Positions 9,697 to 19,006 of a stretch of 64,000 nucleotides of DNA are shown here, piece by piece. Position numbers and translations under genes: made by a program. The stretch is from contig CAZYIA010000003.1 of the NCBI GenBank assembly GCA_964646765.1, forward strand, positions 130,815-194,814, written 5' to 3'. The number at the start of each line of letters is the position of its first letter. Within the stretch, counting starts at the first letter, position 1. The stretch comes from an uncultured Candidatus Saccharibacteria bacterium (lineage in GTDB: Bacteria; Patescibacteriota; Minisyncoccia; Phycocordibacterales; UBA9973). The notes under the pieces are model-generated. The model saw only the letters and a program-made list of their open reading frames with translations, had not been told where the DNA came from and searched no databases.

Positions 9697-10572
9697 ATGG
9701 GGATGGAAGGGCCACAAATGCCAGGACAGAGTGGTGGCGACAAAATAAGTCGAGGTGATTTTCTAAAGAAACTCGGCGTATTTGCAGCTGTAGCCGCCAC
9801 AACTCCCGCAACCGAACTTTTTTCTCAATCCAATCAGCAAGAAAAAATTCCAAAAACGTATTTACACGAAACAACCGAGAAATTTGCAAATGGAAAATCT
9901 GTGTATGAACTTCAGAATGAATTACAACAACGGTTGGGAGAATTTTGGCCAATAAGCACTATTAAACTCGTAACAAAACAAATTAATCCAGAGCTCTTTA
10001 CTCAGGATCTTAAGGATATGCATAAAACCTTTGTTGCGATGGGTACTGCACCTGATGGAATGACCACAGGTCCTATGGGTGCACGTATTATGCAAGGGAA
10101 ATCACTATCGGAAGGGCGGCCTTGTGGTGATGGCAAAGTATATAATTACGGCATTGTTATTGCAGGGAAAGACGGAATTACATTTACGCATGCGAACGAG
10201 CATTCTAATGACTTTGATTTGATCTATCAAGACGCTATAAATAAAAAAGAATCCCTCTTCTTTCTTCCAAGCGTGTTTCGTAACGGCGCTTTTATTGCAT
10301 CACAGAAGACATTGGATAAAGTATTAATTCGACGAGACACTCCTAAGGGAGCACAGATCGGGGTTGTTCTCTTTGATAGTTTACTTACTTACGATGATGC
10401 CAGGAAGGAAATTCTGGGATTAGATAGGGCAGGAAAGTCATCCACCACACATATTTATATGCTCGATGGTGGTGGAACGTGGGGACAAAGCTCAAAAGAA
10501 GTAAATGGACAGGTAAAAAAAATGGGAACTCGTGATTTAGACGAGGTGACCAACTATCTTATTTTTGACTAA
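9697..10572 (+). CDS. Hypothetical secreted protein
   Basis: 291 aa with an N-terminal signal-like segment (RGDFLKKLGVFAAVAATTPA). No confident family assignment. Confidence 0.35.
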   Translation: MGMEGPQMPGQSGGDKISRGDFLKKLGVFAAVAATTPATELFSQSNQQEKIPKTYLHETTEKFANGKSVYELQNELQQRLGEFWPISTIKLVTKQINPELFTQDLKDMHKTFVAMGTAPDGMTTGPMGARIMQGKSLSEGRPCGDGKVYNYGIVIAGKDGITFTHANEHSNDFDLIYQDAINKKESLFFLPSVFRNGAFIASQKTLDKVLIRRDTPKGAQIGVVLFDSLLTYDDARKEILGLDRAGKSSTTHIYMLDGGGTWGQSSKEVNGQVKKMGTRDLDEVTNYLIFD

Positions 10573-10592
10573 AAACCCTTTATTTTTCGGTT

Positions 10593-10622
10593 TTTACAGC
10601 TGAATTTTGGTTATGTTATACT
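10593..10622 (+). promoter_or_regulatory. Sigma70-like promoter (TTTACA-N18-TATACT) ending 6 nt before the M16 peptidase ATG
   Basis: The hexamers can be read directly. The -10 TATACT is at 10617-10622 and the ATG at 10629, which implies a leaderless or near-leaderless mRNA. Confidence 0.4.
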
Positions 10623-10628
10623 CTCGCG

Positions 10629-11900
10629 ATGCAGTATAACCTGACAAAACTTGATAACGGTCTACGGGTAATTACGGTACCCATGAAGGATAACCCGACG
10701 GTTACCGTGCTTGTGCTCGTGGCTACCGGAAGTAAATACGAAACTAAGAAGGAAAACGGTATTTCTCACTTCTTGGAACACATGTGTTTTAAAGGAACTG
10801 AAAAGCGTCCAACAGCGCATGACATTTCTGCTGAGCTCGATGCTCTAGGTTCTCAGTACAATGCTTTCACGAGCCAAGAATACACTGGATACTACGCGAA
10901 AAGTGAAGCTCGCCACTTTGCTCAAATTTTTGATGTTGTTTCTGATGTGTATCTTCATTCAACATTCCCTGAAAAAGAAATTGAAAAAGAGAAAGGGGTA
11001 ATTGTTGAAGAAATAAATATGTACGAGGATCTTCCGCATCGTCATGTACATGATTTATTTATGAGTCTGCTCTATGGCGATCAGCCAGCCGGTTGGAACA
11101 TTGCCGGAACACGTGAAAATGTTCGAGCATTCACTCGCGAAAATTTTGTCCGCTATCATGACTCACACTATGTACCTGAAGCCACAGTGGTTATTGTTGC
11201 TGGCCAAGTCGTTGAAGAGGCCGTGCTCACAGAAGTAGAACGAGTCTTCGGTCATAAAAAGCGTGGTTCAAAAGGGAAGAAAGAGAAAGTTATTGAACAG
11301 CAGACTACTCCGCAATTATTGTTGGAATTTAAGCAAACAGATCAAACACATATAGTACTGGGGGTACGAACTTTTGATATTTATGATAAGCAAAATCCGG
11401 TTCTAACGGTGCTCGCCGCCCTCTTGGGTGGGGGAATGTCTTCACGTCTCTTTATTAAATTACGTGAAGAGATGGGTGCTGCTTACTATGTTCGTTCAGA
11501 TAACGACGCCTACACTGATCACGGCGTATTTACTATTTCCGCTGGAGTAACTAACGGAAGAGTAACCGAAGTCATGGAAGGAATTTTAGCTGAATGTGCA
11601 AAATTGAGAGATGAACCCGTGAGTGCTAAAGAACTCTCAAAAGTAAAAGAATATCTTTCAGGAACAATGAAGCTTGAACTTGAATCATCAGATGCCTGGG
11701 CAAGTTACTATGGTGGTCAGGCGGTGCTCGACCGCGATATGCAATCCGTAGAAGAAATAGAGCGGGAAATCCGGAAGGTTACTGCCGAAGAGGTTCAAAC
11801 TATGGCCCAGCGTATCTTTCAGAATCAGAACCTCAATGGCGCGCTCATTGGGCCATTTAAGAGCGAAAAGCAATTTTTGGACGCCCTTAAATTTAACTAA
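10629..11900 (+). CDS. M16 family zinc metallopeptidase (pitrilysin/insulinase-like)
   Basis: Inverted zinc motif HFLEH (HxxEH) near the N-terminus, in 423 aa with M16 two-domain proportions. Confidence 0.75.
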   Translation: MQYNLTKLDNGLRVITVPMKDNPTVTVLVLVATGSKYETKKENGISHFLEHMCFKGTEKRPTAHDISAELDALGSQYNAFTSQEYTGYYAKSEARHFAQIFDVVSDVYLHSTFPEKEIEKEKGVIVEEINMYEDLPHRHVHDLFMSLLYGDQPAGWNIAGTRENVRAFTRENFVRYHDSHYVPEATVVIVAGQVVEEAVLTEVERVFGHKKRGSKGKKEKVIEQQTTPQLLLEFKQTDQTHIVLGVRTFDIYDKQNPVLTVLAALLGGGMSSRLFIKLREEMGAAYYVRSDNDAYTDHGVFTISAGVTNGRVTEVMEGILAECAKLRDEPVSAKELSKVKEYLSGTMKLELESSDAWASYYGGQAVLDRDMQSVEEIEREIRKVTAEEVQTMAQRIFQNQNLNGALIGPFKSEKQFLDALKFN

Positions 11901-11954
11901 CCGCAAGATTTTTGGTAGTAAGCCGTCTTGTGTTAGGTAACCCACACCCCATTT

Positions 11955-11981
11955 TGTCCTAGGGCGTTGTACGGGTATACT
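11955..11981 (+). promoter_or_regulatory. Sigma70-like promoter (TTGTCC-N16-TATACT) ending 6 nt before the ATG at 11988
   Basis: The hexamers can be read directly. The geometry implies a leaderless transcript for the AI-2E transporter gene. Confidence 0.45.
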
Positions 11982-11987
11982 AGCCGT

Positions 11988-13055
11988 ATGGGAGAGCATG
12001 AAAAAAGGCAGGTAGTTGCCATTGAAACGAAAACCTTGATTCAGGTGGTGCTCTTCGCTTTACTGGTTTTTGCTATTTTTGCCCTCTCTGACCTTATTCT
12101 TATTCTCCTTACTTCGATTGTTCTCGCCTCGTTTATTGAATCAATCGTTGCTCGTTTTTCACAGTATAAAATTCCTCGATCACTTGTAGTAATTATTGTA
12201 TACCTTGTATCGCTCGGGGTTGTTGTGGGGCTCTTCTACTTATTTGTTCCAGTTTTTGTTGATGAACTTTCTACACTTCTCAATTCAGCGAGTGCCACCG
12301 GAAACGCGGGTATTTTAAGTGGTATTGATAAAAACACAATTTCTTCAACTCGTGATTTTCTCTCAAGTTTATCTGGTGGTTTTTCAGCCTCAGAATTTTT
12401 CTATGGGATCCAAGATTTGGTTTCCGGAGTTTCTGGCGGCCTCTTTGATACAGCAAACTATTTCTTCGGTGGCGTTACCAATCTTATCCTCGTTGCAGTA
12501 ATAACATTCTATCTCTCAATTGAGCCACGCGGTGTTGAATACGTGCTTCGACTTATCACGCCAGCAAAACATGAGTCATATATTAGTAATCTATGGAAGC
12601 GTGCCGAACGAAAAATTGGTCTCTGGCTTCAGGGGCAAATTTTACTGGGGCTTCTCGTGGGTTTTCTGGTATACCTCGGACTTGCACTTTTGAATATTAA
12701 GTATGCATTACTGCTTGCCCTCGTTGCTGCTGTTCTTGAAATTATTCCGTTCGGTATTATTCTCGCTGGTCTATGTGCCTTGGCATTTGCCTATATTGAT
12801 GGGGGAGTAACCGGAGCGGCTAAAGTTTTCTTCTTGTACCTTATTGTGCAGCAGTTTGAAAGCTACTTTATTGCTCCACTCATTGTTAAAAAAGTTACAG
12901 GTGTCTCGCCACTCATGGTTATTCTTTCAGTGCTTGCTGGAGCAAAATTGGCTGGATTCTGGGGGGTAGTTTTGGCGGTGCCAGTAATGGTGTGTATTCT
13001 CGAGTACATTTCTGATGTTGAACGTGGCAGAGCAGAGACTCTCGCGACCGAATAA
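11988..13055 (+). CDS. AI-2E family transporter (PerM/UPF0118)
   Basis: Multi-pass membrane protein with a C-terminal AVPVMVCILEYISD motif typical of AI-2E/UPF0118. The start was moved to the in-frame ATG 11988 immediately downstream of the promoter. Confidence 0.55.
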   Translation: MGEHEKRQVVAIETKTLIQVVLFALLVFAIFALSDLILILLTSIVLASFIESIVARFSQYKIPRSLVVIIVYLVSLGVVVGLFYLFVPVFVDELSTLLNSASATGNAGILSGIDKNTISSTRDFLSSLSGGFSASEFFYGIQDLVSGVSGGLFDTANYFFGGVTNLILVAVITFYLSIEPRGVEYVLRLITPAKHESYISNLWKRAERKIGLWLQGQILLGLLVGFLVYLGLALLNIKYALLLALVAAVLEIIPFGIILAGLCALAFAYIDGGVTGAAKVFFLYLIVQQFESYFIAPLIVKKVTGVSPLMVILSVLAGAKLAGFWGVVLAVPVMVCILEYISDVERGRAETLATE

Positions 13056-13057
13056 GT

Positions 13058-14500
13058 ATGGAGAGTAAACCCTTCTATCTCACTACGACGCTGCCGTACG
13101 TTAATGCCGACCTACACATGGGGCATGCTCTTGAGTTTGTGCGTGCTGATATTATTGCTCGGGCAAAATTGCTTCAAGGCTACGATGTGTACTTTAATAC
13201 TGGCACTGATGAGCACGGCTTAAAAATTTACGAAAAAGCAAAAGAAAAGGGAATAGAGCCTCAGGCTTTTGTTGATGAAAGTTTTGCTCGATTTAAGGAC
13301 TCAACAAAGATTTTTGGTCTTCTTGAAAGCACACATTTTATTCGTACCACTGATCCGCACCATATTGCCGCCGCGCAAGAATTTTGGAAACGTTGTGACA
13401 AGAACGGATATATCTATAAAAAGAATTACAAAGCCAAGTACTGTGTTGGGTGCGAAGAAACTAAAACCGATTCTGAACTGGTAAACGGTGAGTGCCCAAT
13501 TCATCCTGGCCGTGCGCTCGAAACCATCGAAGAAGAAAACTACTTTTTTAAGTACAGTGCCTTTGGTGAAAAACTTTTGACGTTCTACGCGACACGTCCA
13601 GATTTTGTCGTGCCAGATTTCCGCTTTAACGAGATTAAAGCTTTCGTTGAACGAGGCCTCGAAGACTTTTCAATCTCGCGATTGAAAGAAAAAATGCCAT
13701 GGGGGATTCCGGTACCGGGTGATGATCGCCACGTGATGTATGTGTGGTTTGATGCTCTCGTAAACTATATTGCGACACTTGGCTGGCCTGATGAAGGTGG
13801 AAATTTCGAAAAGTATTGGAAGCATGGAACTCCAACGCAATACTGCGGCAAGGATAACCTCCGTTTTCAGTCAGCAATGTGGCAAGCCATGCTTATGGCG
13901 GCCGGGGTACCAAACTCATACCAAATCATTATTAACGGCTTTATAACAGCCGAAGGAGGGGTAAAGATGAGTAAAACGCTGGGTAATGTCGTTGATCCTA
14001 AGGAAATCGCCGAAGAGTATGGCACTGAAGCATTGCGCTTTTTCTTAGCTAAAGAAATTGGTTCGTTTGAAGACAGCCCATTTACAAAAGAGCGATTTAA
14101 AGCGGCGTACAATGCACATTTAGCGAATGGTCTTGGGAATCTCTCATCGCGCATTCTCACGCTTTCAGAAAAATATTTACCTGGATGCCCGTCAATTCCT
14201 GAGAGCTCTATTCCAAAAGAATTTTTTGATCTTCTAAATAGTTTTGAAATTTCTAAAGCCGCCGAGTTTGTCTGGAATGAAGTTCAGGCGCTTGATAAAA
14301 CCATTCAAACAACCGAACCATTCAAGGTGGTGAAAGTAGATGAAGAGAAGGGAAAAGCACTTATTACTGATTTAGTGCTCAAGCTCTACACGATTGCTCG
14401 CATGTTGAATCCAATCATGCCGGAAACAAATGTAAAATTGAAAGCTCTCATTAAAGCAAACAAAAAACCAGAAACTCCGCTCTTCATGCGAAAAGACTAA
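13058..14500 (+). CDS. metG: Methionyl-tRNA synthetase (short form, no C-terminal tRNA-binding extension)
   Basis: YVNADLHMGHALE (HIGH-type), a zinc knuckle CVGCEE...CPIHPG, and KMSKTLGN are present. Confidence 0.9.
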   Translation: MESKPFYLTTTLPYVNADLHMGHALEFVRADIIARAKLLQGYDVYFNTGTDEHGLKIYEKAKEKGIEPQAFVDESFARFKDSTKIFGLLESTHFIRTTDPHHIAAAQEFWKRCDKNGYIYKKNYKAKYCVGCEETKTDSELVNGECPIHPGRALETIEEENYFFKYSAFGEKLLTFYATRPDFVVPDFRFNEIKAFVERGLEDFSISRLKEKMPWGIPVPGDDRHVMYVWFDALVNYIATLGWPDEGGNFEKYWKHGTPTQYCGKDNLRFQSAMWQAMLMAAGVPNSYQIIINGFITAEGGVKMSKTLGNVVDPKEIAEEYGTEALRFFLAKEIGSFEDSPFTKERFKAAYNAHLANGLGNLSSRILTLSEKYLPGCPSIPESSIPKEFFDLLNSFEISKAAEFVWNEVQALDKTIQTTEPFKVVKVDEEKGKALITDLVLKLYTIARMLNPIMPETNVKLKALIKANKKPETPLFMRKD

Positions 14501-15321
14501 TGTCACCAAAACTCTTCGACGTTCATACGCACGTAAATTTCAATCTTTTCAAAGATGATTGGAAAGAAGTGTGTGATCGTGCTGTTTCTGAAGGTGTATG
14601 GCTCGCAAACGTTGGCACACAGCAGGATACATCAAAACGTGCAATTGAGATGGCCGAAGAATATGAGAAAGGAGTGTATGCCATTATTGGTCTTCATCCA
14701 ATCCATACCTCAAAGTCGTATCATGATTTGAAAGAGTTAGGTGAAGGTGGTGCTGAGTTTACGTCTCGCGGTGAGTCATTTCGTGTTGAAGCATATCGCT
14801 CGCTTGCAGAGCATCCAAAAACAATTGCTATAGGGGAGTGTGGTCTCGACTACTATCGTTTAGATACTGAAACGGCCAAAGTACAGCGTGAAGCATTTGT
14901 TGCTCAAATTGAATTAGCCAACAGTGTTAACAAACCACTTATGCTTCACGTGCGCGAAGCGTATCCTGATGCTCTCGCAATTGTAAAAGAATATGCAAAA
15001 GTACAGGCCAATGTACATTTCTTTGCTGGTAATTGGGAAATCGCCAAAACATTTTTAGATATTGGTTGTACGCTCTCATTTACTGGTGTTGTAACGTTTA
15101 CTCACGATTACGATGAAGTAATTAAAAATGCACCCCTTGATCGCATTCTCACCGAAACCGACGCACCGTATATTACGCCAACGCCTTTCCGCGGCCGCCG
15201 CAATGAACCTTCGTATGTGAAATACGGAGCTGAACGCATGGCGCAAATTCGTGGAATGTCGTATGAAGATTTTGCCAAAGCAACAACAGAAAACGCCCTT
15301 ACGTTTTTTAAACTTTTGTAA
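14500..15321 (+). CDS. tatD: TatD family metal-dependent hydrolase/DNase
   Basis: N-terminal FDVHTHVNF, GECGLDY, and the LMLHVREA and ETDAPY motifs. The start overlaps the metG stop (TAATG). Confidence 0.8.
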   Translation: MSPKLFDVHTHVNFNLFKDDWKEVCDRAVSEGVWLANVGTQQDTSKRAIEMAEEYEKGVYAIIGLHPIHTSKSYHDLKELGEGGAEFTSRGESFRVEAYRSLAEHPKTIAIGECGLDYYRLDTETAKVQREAFVAQIELANSVNKPLMLHVREAYPDALAIVKEYAKVQANVHFFAGNWEIAKTFLDIGCTLSFTGVVTFTHDYDEVIKNAPLDRILTETDAPYITPTPFRGRRNEPSYVKYGAERMAQIRGMSYEDFAKATTENALTFFKLL

Positions 15322-15322
15322 C

Positions 15323-16093
15323 ATGAACACTTATCAAAAAGAACTCGACGTTGCTAAGAATATTGCTAAACAAGCAGGGAACATAATGCTTGAATACTTC
15401 GACGGTGAGCAAGGTTTGGAACTGAAGGAAGATAATTCATTTGTTACCATCGCTGACAAGAAAGTTAACCAACTGGTAATCAGTGAACTTTCAAAACACT
15501 TTGACGATGTATTGATTGGTGAAGAAGAAAGTACTGGCGGATATGGCATGGGTCGCCGCTGGCTTTGTGATCCTATCGATGGCACAAAAGCTTTTGTATG
15601 GGGTACACCTACCGCGATGTTTTCGCTTGCATTAGTAGTTGACGGAGTACCTACCATTGGTGTTGCGTACGATCCATTTCTCGACAAACTTTATGAAGCA
15701 GTTCTCGGAAATGGAGCATACTGTAATGGAAAACAGATACATGTTTCTACAAAAAATCTTACTGAAGGAGTCCTTGGTGTAATAAGTAGCGTAAAAGGAA
15801 TACTAACGAGGCCAGGGTATTTAGTTTCATTGGCGGAAAAAGGGGCAACATTCGCAACATTTAGCGGCGCAGTGTATAAAGGATGTTTAATTGCGCGCGG
15901 AAAAATTACTGGTTTTCCCAATCCAAGGATAAGTCCTCATGATATCGCAGCGGTGCATGTAATTATCGAAGAGGCAGGAGGGAAGGTTACGGATGTTCTT
16001 GGTAATAAGCTCGACTACAGTAAACCATTCAAAGGCGCTATTCTCTCAAATGGAGTAGTTCACGAAGAGCTGATAGAAGCTTTAAAAAACTAA
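15323..16093 (+). CDS. Inositol monophosphatase family protein (SuhB-like)
   Basis: WLCDPIDGTKAFV (DPIDGT) and a later HDIAAVHVIIEEAGG (WD-x-AAG-like) motif are present. Confidence 0.7.
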   Translation: MNTYQKELDVAKNIAKQAGNIMLEYFDGEQGLELKEDNSFVTIADKKVNQLVISELSKHFDDVLIGEEESTGGYGMGRRWLCDPIDGTKAFVWGTPTAMFSLALVVDGVPTIGVAYDPFLDKLYEAVLGNGAYCNGKQIHVSTKNLTEGVLGVISSVKGILTRPGYLVSLAEKGATFATFSGAVYKGCLIARGKITGFPNPRISPHDIAAVHVIIEEAGGKVTDVLGNKLDYSKPFKGAILSNGVVHEELIEALKN

Positions 16094-16294
16094 AGTAAAA
16101 AATGAAATTATTTTATAACTTTACCTGAAGCTGTTTTGAATATACGAACCAGCGAAAACGAACGCTTTCAAACGAAACTGTTTGAGCAAAGCGAGTTTTT
16201 CGTTTGAGTGAGTTTGAGCTTCGTGAGTATTCAGAACAGCTTGGGTAAGAGCTTTTTTCGGTTCCTTTTTAGCGGATAAAAAGGAACAAAGGCT

Positions 16295-16323
16295 TTGACA
16301 ATAAGGCCTATTTCTGCTATAGT
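16295..16323 (+). promoter_or_regulatory. Near-consensus sigma70 promoter TTGACA-N17-TATAGT upstream of rpsF
   Basis: TTGACA at 16295-16300, a 17-nt spacer, and TATAGT at 16318-16323. Confidence 0.55.
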
Positions 16324-16329
16324 CTTTCT

Positions 16330-16448
16330 GTTCCCGTTCATCCTTGCCTTTGCGCGTAGGATGCCTTGGTCCATAGCGAGAACGTAAAAAGCATTTTTTG
16401 CTGTGCGGGCCAACCCGCATTTTTTATTTACCTAAATTAGAAAATCAC
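16330..16448 (+). promoter_or_regulatory. Structured 5' leader of the rpsF-ssb-rpsR operon (candidate rpsF autoregulatory leader / attenuator)
   Basis: A ~120-nt untranslated leader containing hairpins. The clearest is GCGGGC-CAA-CCCGC at 16406-16418 followed by a TTTTTTATTT tract. There is no SD before the ATG at 16449. Confidence 0.4.
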
Positions 16449-16907
16449 ATGGAGAAAGACACACGTGTATACGAACTTGCCTACCTCTTTGTTCCGACAA
16501 TTACGGAAGAAAGTATCACTGGCAAATTCGGCGATTTGAAAGCTCTCCTCGAAAAAAACGGTGCAACATTTATCGCGGAAGAAATGCCAAAGATGATGGA
16601 GCTCGCGTACGAGATGAGCCGTACAATCGCAAACAAAAAGACTTGGTTTGCTAGCGCTTACTTCGGTTGGGTTAAATTTGACCTCGAACCAGCAAGTCTC
16701 GAAGCTATCGAAGAAGTTCTCAAGCGCGATGAAGAAGTTATTCGCTACATGGTTCTCAAAACCGTTCGCGAAAACACTATCGCTCAGAAGCGCACTATGA
16801 GCCGCCCTCCTCGCATGCGCGAAACTACAAGCGCAGAAGGGGAAGTAGCTGCTCCGGTTAACCCTGAAGAAATCGACAAGCAGATTGACGCTCTCGTAAC
16901 CGAATAA
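16449..16907 (+). CDS. rpsF: 30S ribosomal protein S6 with acidic C-terminal tail
   Basis: The RVYELAYLFVP N-terminus is S6-like, and the operon context is conserved (rpsF-ssb-rpsR). The start was moved to ATG 16449. Confidence 0.8.
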   Translation: MEKDTRVYELAYLFVPTITEESITGKFGDLKALLEKNGATFIAEEMPKMMELAYEMSRTIANKKTWFASAYFGWVKFDLEPASLEAIEEVLKRDEEVIRYMVLKTVRENTIAQKRTMSRPPRMRETTSAEGEVAAPVNPEEIDKQIDALVTE

Positions 16908-16962
16908 GGTATACTAGAGAAAGTTTCGCCCCTGGCGAACACTAATAGCTAAAGACACTAAT

Positions 16963-17436
16963 ATGTACATCAACAAAGCAATGATTCTTGGTAACCTGAC
17001 TCGCGATCCGGATCTCCGAGCGCTTCCGTCAGGCATTAAGGTGCTCTCAATGACGCTTGCAACAAACCGTGTTTGGAAAGACCAAGCTGGTCAAAAGCAA
17101 GAAGCATCTGAGTATCACAATGTGGTAGCCTTTGGCAAAATTGCTGAACTTATCGCGCAGTATTCAAAGAAGGGGAGCCAACTCTACGTAGAAGGCCGTC
17201 TTCAAACTCGAAGCTGGGACGATAAGGCAACTGGTGAGAAAAAATACCGTACCGAAGTAATTATTGAAGCATTCCAATTTGGAAACCGCCCACAAACTGG
17301 TGATTCACAGACAAAAGTATGGCGCAAGGAAGACAATAAGAAAGGCGCCGGAACTGCTGAAGCCGAAGAAATGGGAGGACTCGATACGATCGAATACCCA
17401 ACAGAGGAAGTAAATGCCGAAGACATTCCGTTCTAA
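16963..17436 (+). CDS. ssb: Single-stranded DNA-binding protein
   Basis: OB-fold N-terminus and the typical acidic C-terminal tail ending ...EDIPF. Confidence 0.85.
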   Translation: MYINKAMILGNLTRDPDLRALPSGIKVLSMTLATNRVWKDQAGQKQEASEYHNVVAFGKIAELIAQYSKKGSQLYVEGRLQTRSWDDKATGEKKYRTEVIIEAFQFGNRPQTGDSQTKVWRKEDNKKGAGTAEAEEMGGLDTIEYPTEEVNAEDIPF

Positions 17437-17461
17437 TCATTATCAGTAATTTCTGTTTCGC

Positions 17462-17662
17462 ATGAAGCAAGACTACTTTTCATCAAATAACATCAAGTAT
17501 ATCGACTATAAAGATGTTGATATCTTGCGTAAGTTCTTGAATCCAAACGGCCGCATGCTCTCACGCCGCCGCACTGGAGTAAATGCTAAGAACCAACGCA
17601 AACTCACCGAAGCTGTAAAGCGCGCACGATTTATGGGACTTCTCCCGTTCGTAGCGAAATAA
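17462..17662 (+). CDS. rpsR: 30S ribosomal protein S18
   Basis: [13 protein letters not shown]... and RRRTG...[12 protein letters not shown] are S18-typical. Confidence 0.85.
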   Translation: MKQDYFSSNNIKYIDYKDVDILRKFLNPNGRMLSRRRTGVNAKNQRKLTEAVKRARFMGLLPFVAK

Positions 17663-17675
17663 AGCTAAGGAATAG

Positions 17676-17720
17676 AAAAAGCGCTAAGGGTCTGTAAAGA
17701 TCTTTAGCGCTTTTCTGTTT
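17676..17720. terminator. Bidirectional rho-independent terminator between convergent rpsR and ilvE-like genes
   Basis: AAAAAGCGCTAAGGG...CTTTAGCGCTTTTCTGTTT, a perfect stem flanked by A and T runs. Confidence 0.6.
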
Positions 17721-17738
17721 CGTATCAAAGTAAAATAA

Positions 17739-18791
17739 TTAGTGTAGAGCAATAGCAGAGCGTTCTATTTGGTGTACCCACTGTGCGTTGAGTTCACCTC
17801 TGTATGCTTTACCCATTGTTGTAAAGAAATAATGTGCCCACGAGTCAGGTCCTTTATCTGGAAGCTGATAGGTTTTTTCTCCAATTCGGATACTCTCGCA
17901 TCCCATCGTAGTAACAGCAGACCCTGACGTAAATATCTCGGTTACTGACCCATCTTCCAAACCCTGAATAAGTTCACTAAGAGGGATGGGCCGCTCCTCA
18001 ACAATTAAGTCAGGTCTTTGACGGGCAAGAAGGAGTATATGGTGACGAGTAATGCCATCTAAAATGGTGCCGCAATCTAAGTTTGGGGTAACTAGTTTAT
18101 TACCCTTTACCATAAAGAACGTGGCTGTAGTAAATTCCTGAATTGTTCTATCTTCGTTAAGCCACAGTATTTGGTCGCAACCCAAAGCTTGTGCCAATTT
18201 TTCTGGACCTAAAGCCGCAGCATAATTTCCGATAGCTTTTACCAATCCGGTACCACCTTTGCTGACGCGACTATATTGTAACTCCAGGTGTATTTTTAAT
18301 CTCACCAAAGGTTGTGTATGTAAGGTAGAACCCATAACGGTAAAGTCGAAATTTTCATTTCCGAATACCCCAGGGCTACGTTCCTCGGGAATCATGTTAC
18401 CGATACCTCGACCCAGGGGTCGGAGATATAAGTAGTTGTTGCTACCAGTAGGTATGTAATCCCACACAGCTTGTATGAAGTTTTCTATACCCTCGATAAA
18501 CATTTTTTCAGGTACTTCTGCCATGCCCAGTCGGAACATTCCCCGGTTAAAACGTGGAAAGTGTAGCAGTAGAGCAAAGACGAGAATTACTTCCCGCGTA
18601 GAGTTATGAAGACCGCCACCAACTTTTATCTTGGTTGCTTTTATGCCCTCAAAGATTCCCTGACCGTAATGGTTAACGAACAAGGAAGGTTGTTGAGCAA
18701 GATCTTTTTGCTCAGTAAGTTTGGATTCACTCCAGGAACCATTGCTGTGTTCTGAATGAATTACATTTTGGAAAAAATATCCGAAGCTCAT
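17739..18791 (-). CDS. ilvE: Class IV (branched-chain / D-amino-acid) aminotransferase
   Basis: NHYGQGIFEGIKA matches the BCAT HYGQxVFEGLKA motif, in a 350-aa protein. Confidence 0.65.
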   Translation of the reverse strand: MSFGYFFQNVIHSEHSNGSWSESKLTEQKDLAQQPSLFVNHYGQGIFEGIKATKIKVGGGLHNSTREVILVFALLLHFPRFNRGMFRLGMAEVPEKMFIEGIENFIQAVWDYIPTGSNNYLYLRPLGRGIGNMIPEERSPGVFGNENFDFTVMGSTLHTQPLVRLKIHLELQYSRVSKGGTGLVKAIGNYAAALGPEKLAQALGCDQILWLNEDRTIQEFTTATFFMVKGNKLVTPNLDCGTILDGITRHHILLLARQRPDLIVEERPIPLSELIQGLEDGSVTEIFTSGSAVTTMGCESIRIGEKTYQLPDKGPDSWAHYFFTTMGKAYRGELNAQWVHQIERSAIALH

Positions 18792-18962
18792 AGTATTTGG
18801 TTTTCGTTTAACAATTTTTTATTTTCAAATTGAGCCTCACACTAGGAAGCCCGCTCCCGCGCATGTTCTTGGAAGTTCATACGCAGGAGCGGGCCACTTA
18901 GAGAAGCTATTAAAGCCTCATACTCTACATTACTCGAGATTAGCCTGAAGTCAACAAAAAAT

Positions 18963-18987
18963 AAAAAAGGCCTAGAAGGCCTTTTTT
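18963..18987 (-). terminator. Rho-independent terminator downstream of efp
   Basis: AAAAAAGGCCTAGAAGGCCTTTTTT, a symmetric stem. Confidence 0.6.
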
Positions 18988-19006
18988 ATCAAGCAATATA
19001 AGGGTT

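Noticed and set aside
16121-16420. 99-aa minus-strand ORF in the rpsF upstream region
   Set aside because: It overlaps the strong promoter and structured leader of rpsF, and its Arg/Lys-rich sequence looks like a translated UTR. Leader RNA is the more parsimonious reading.
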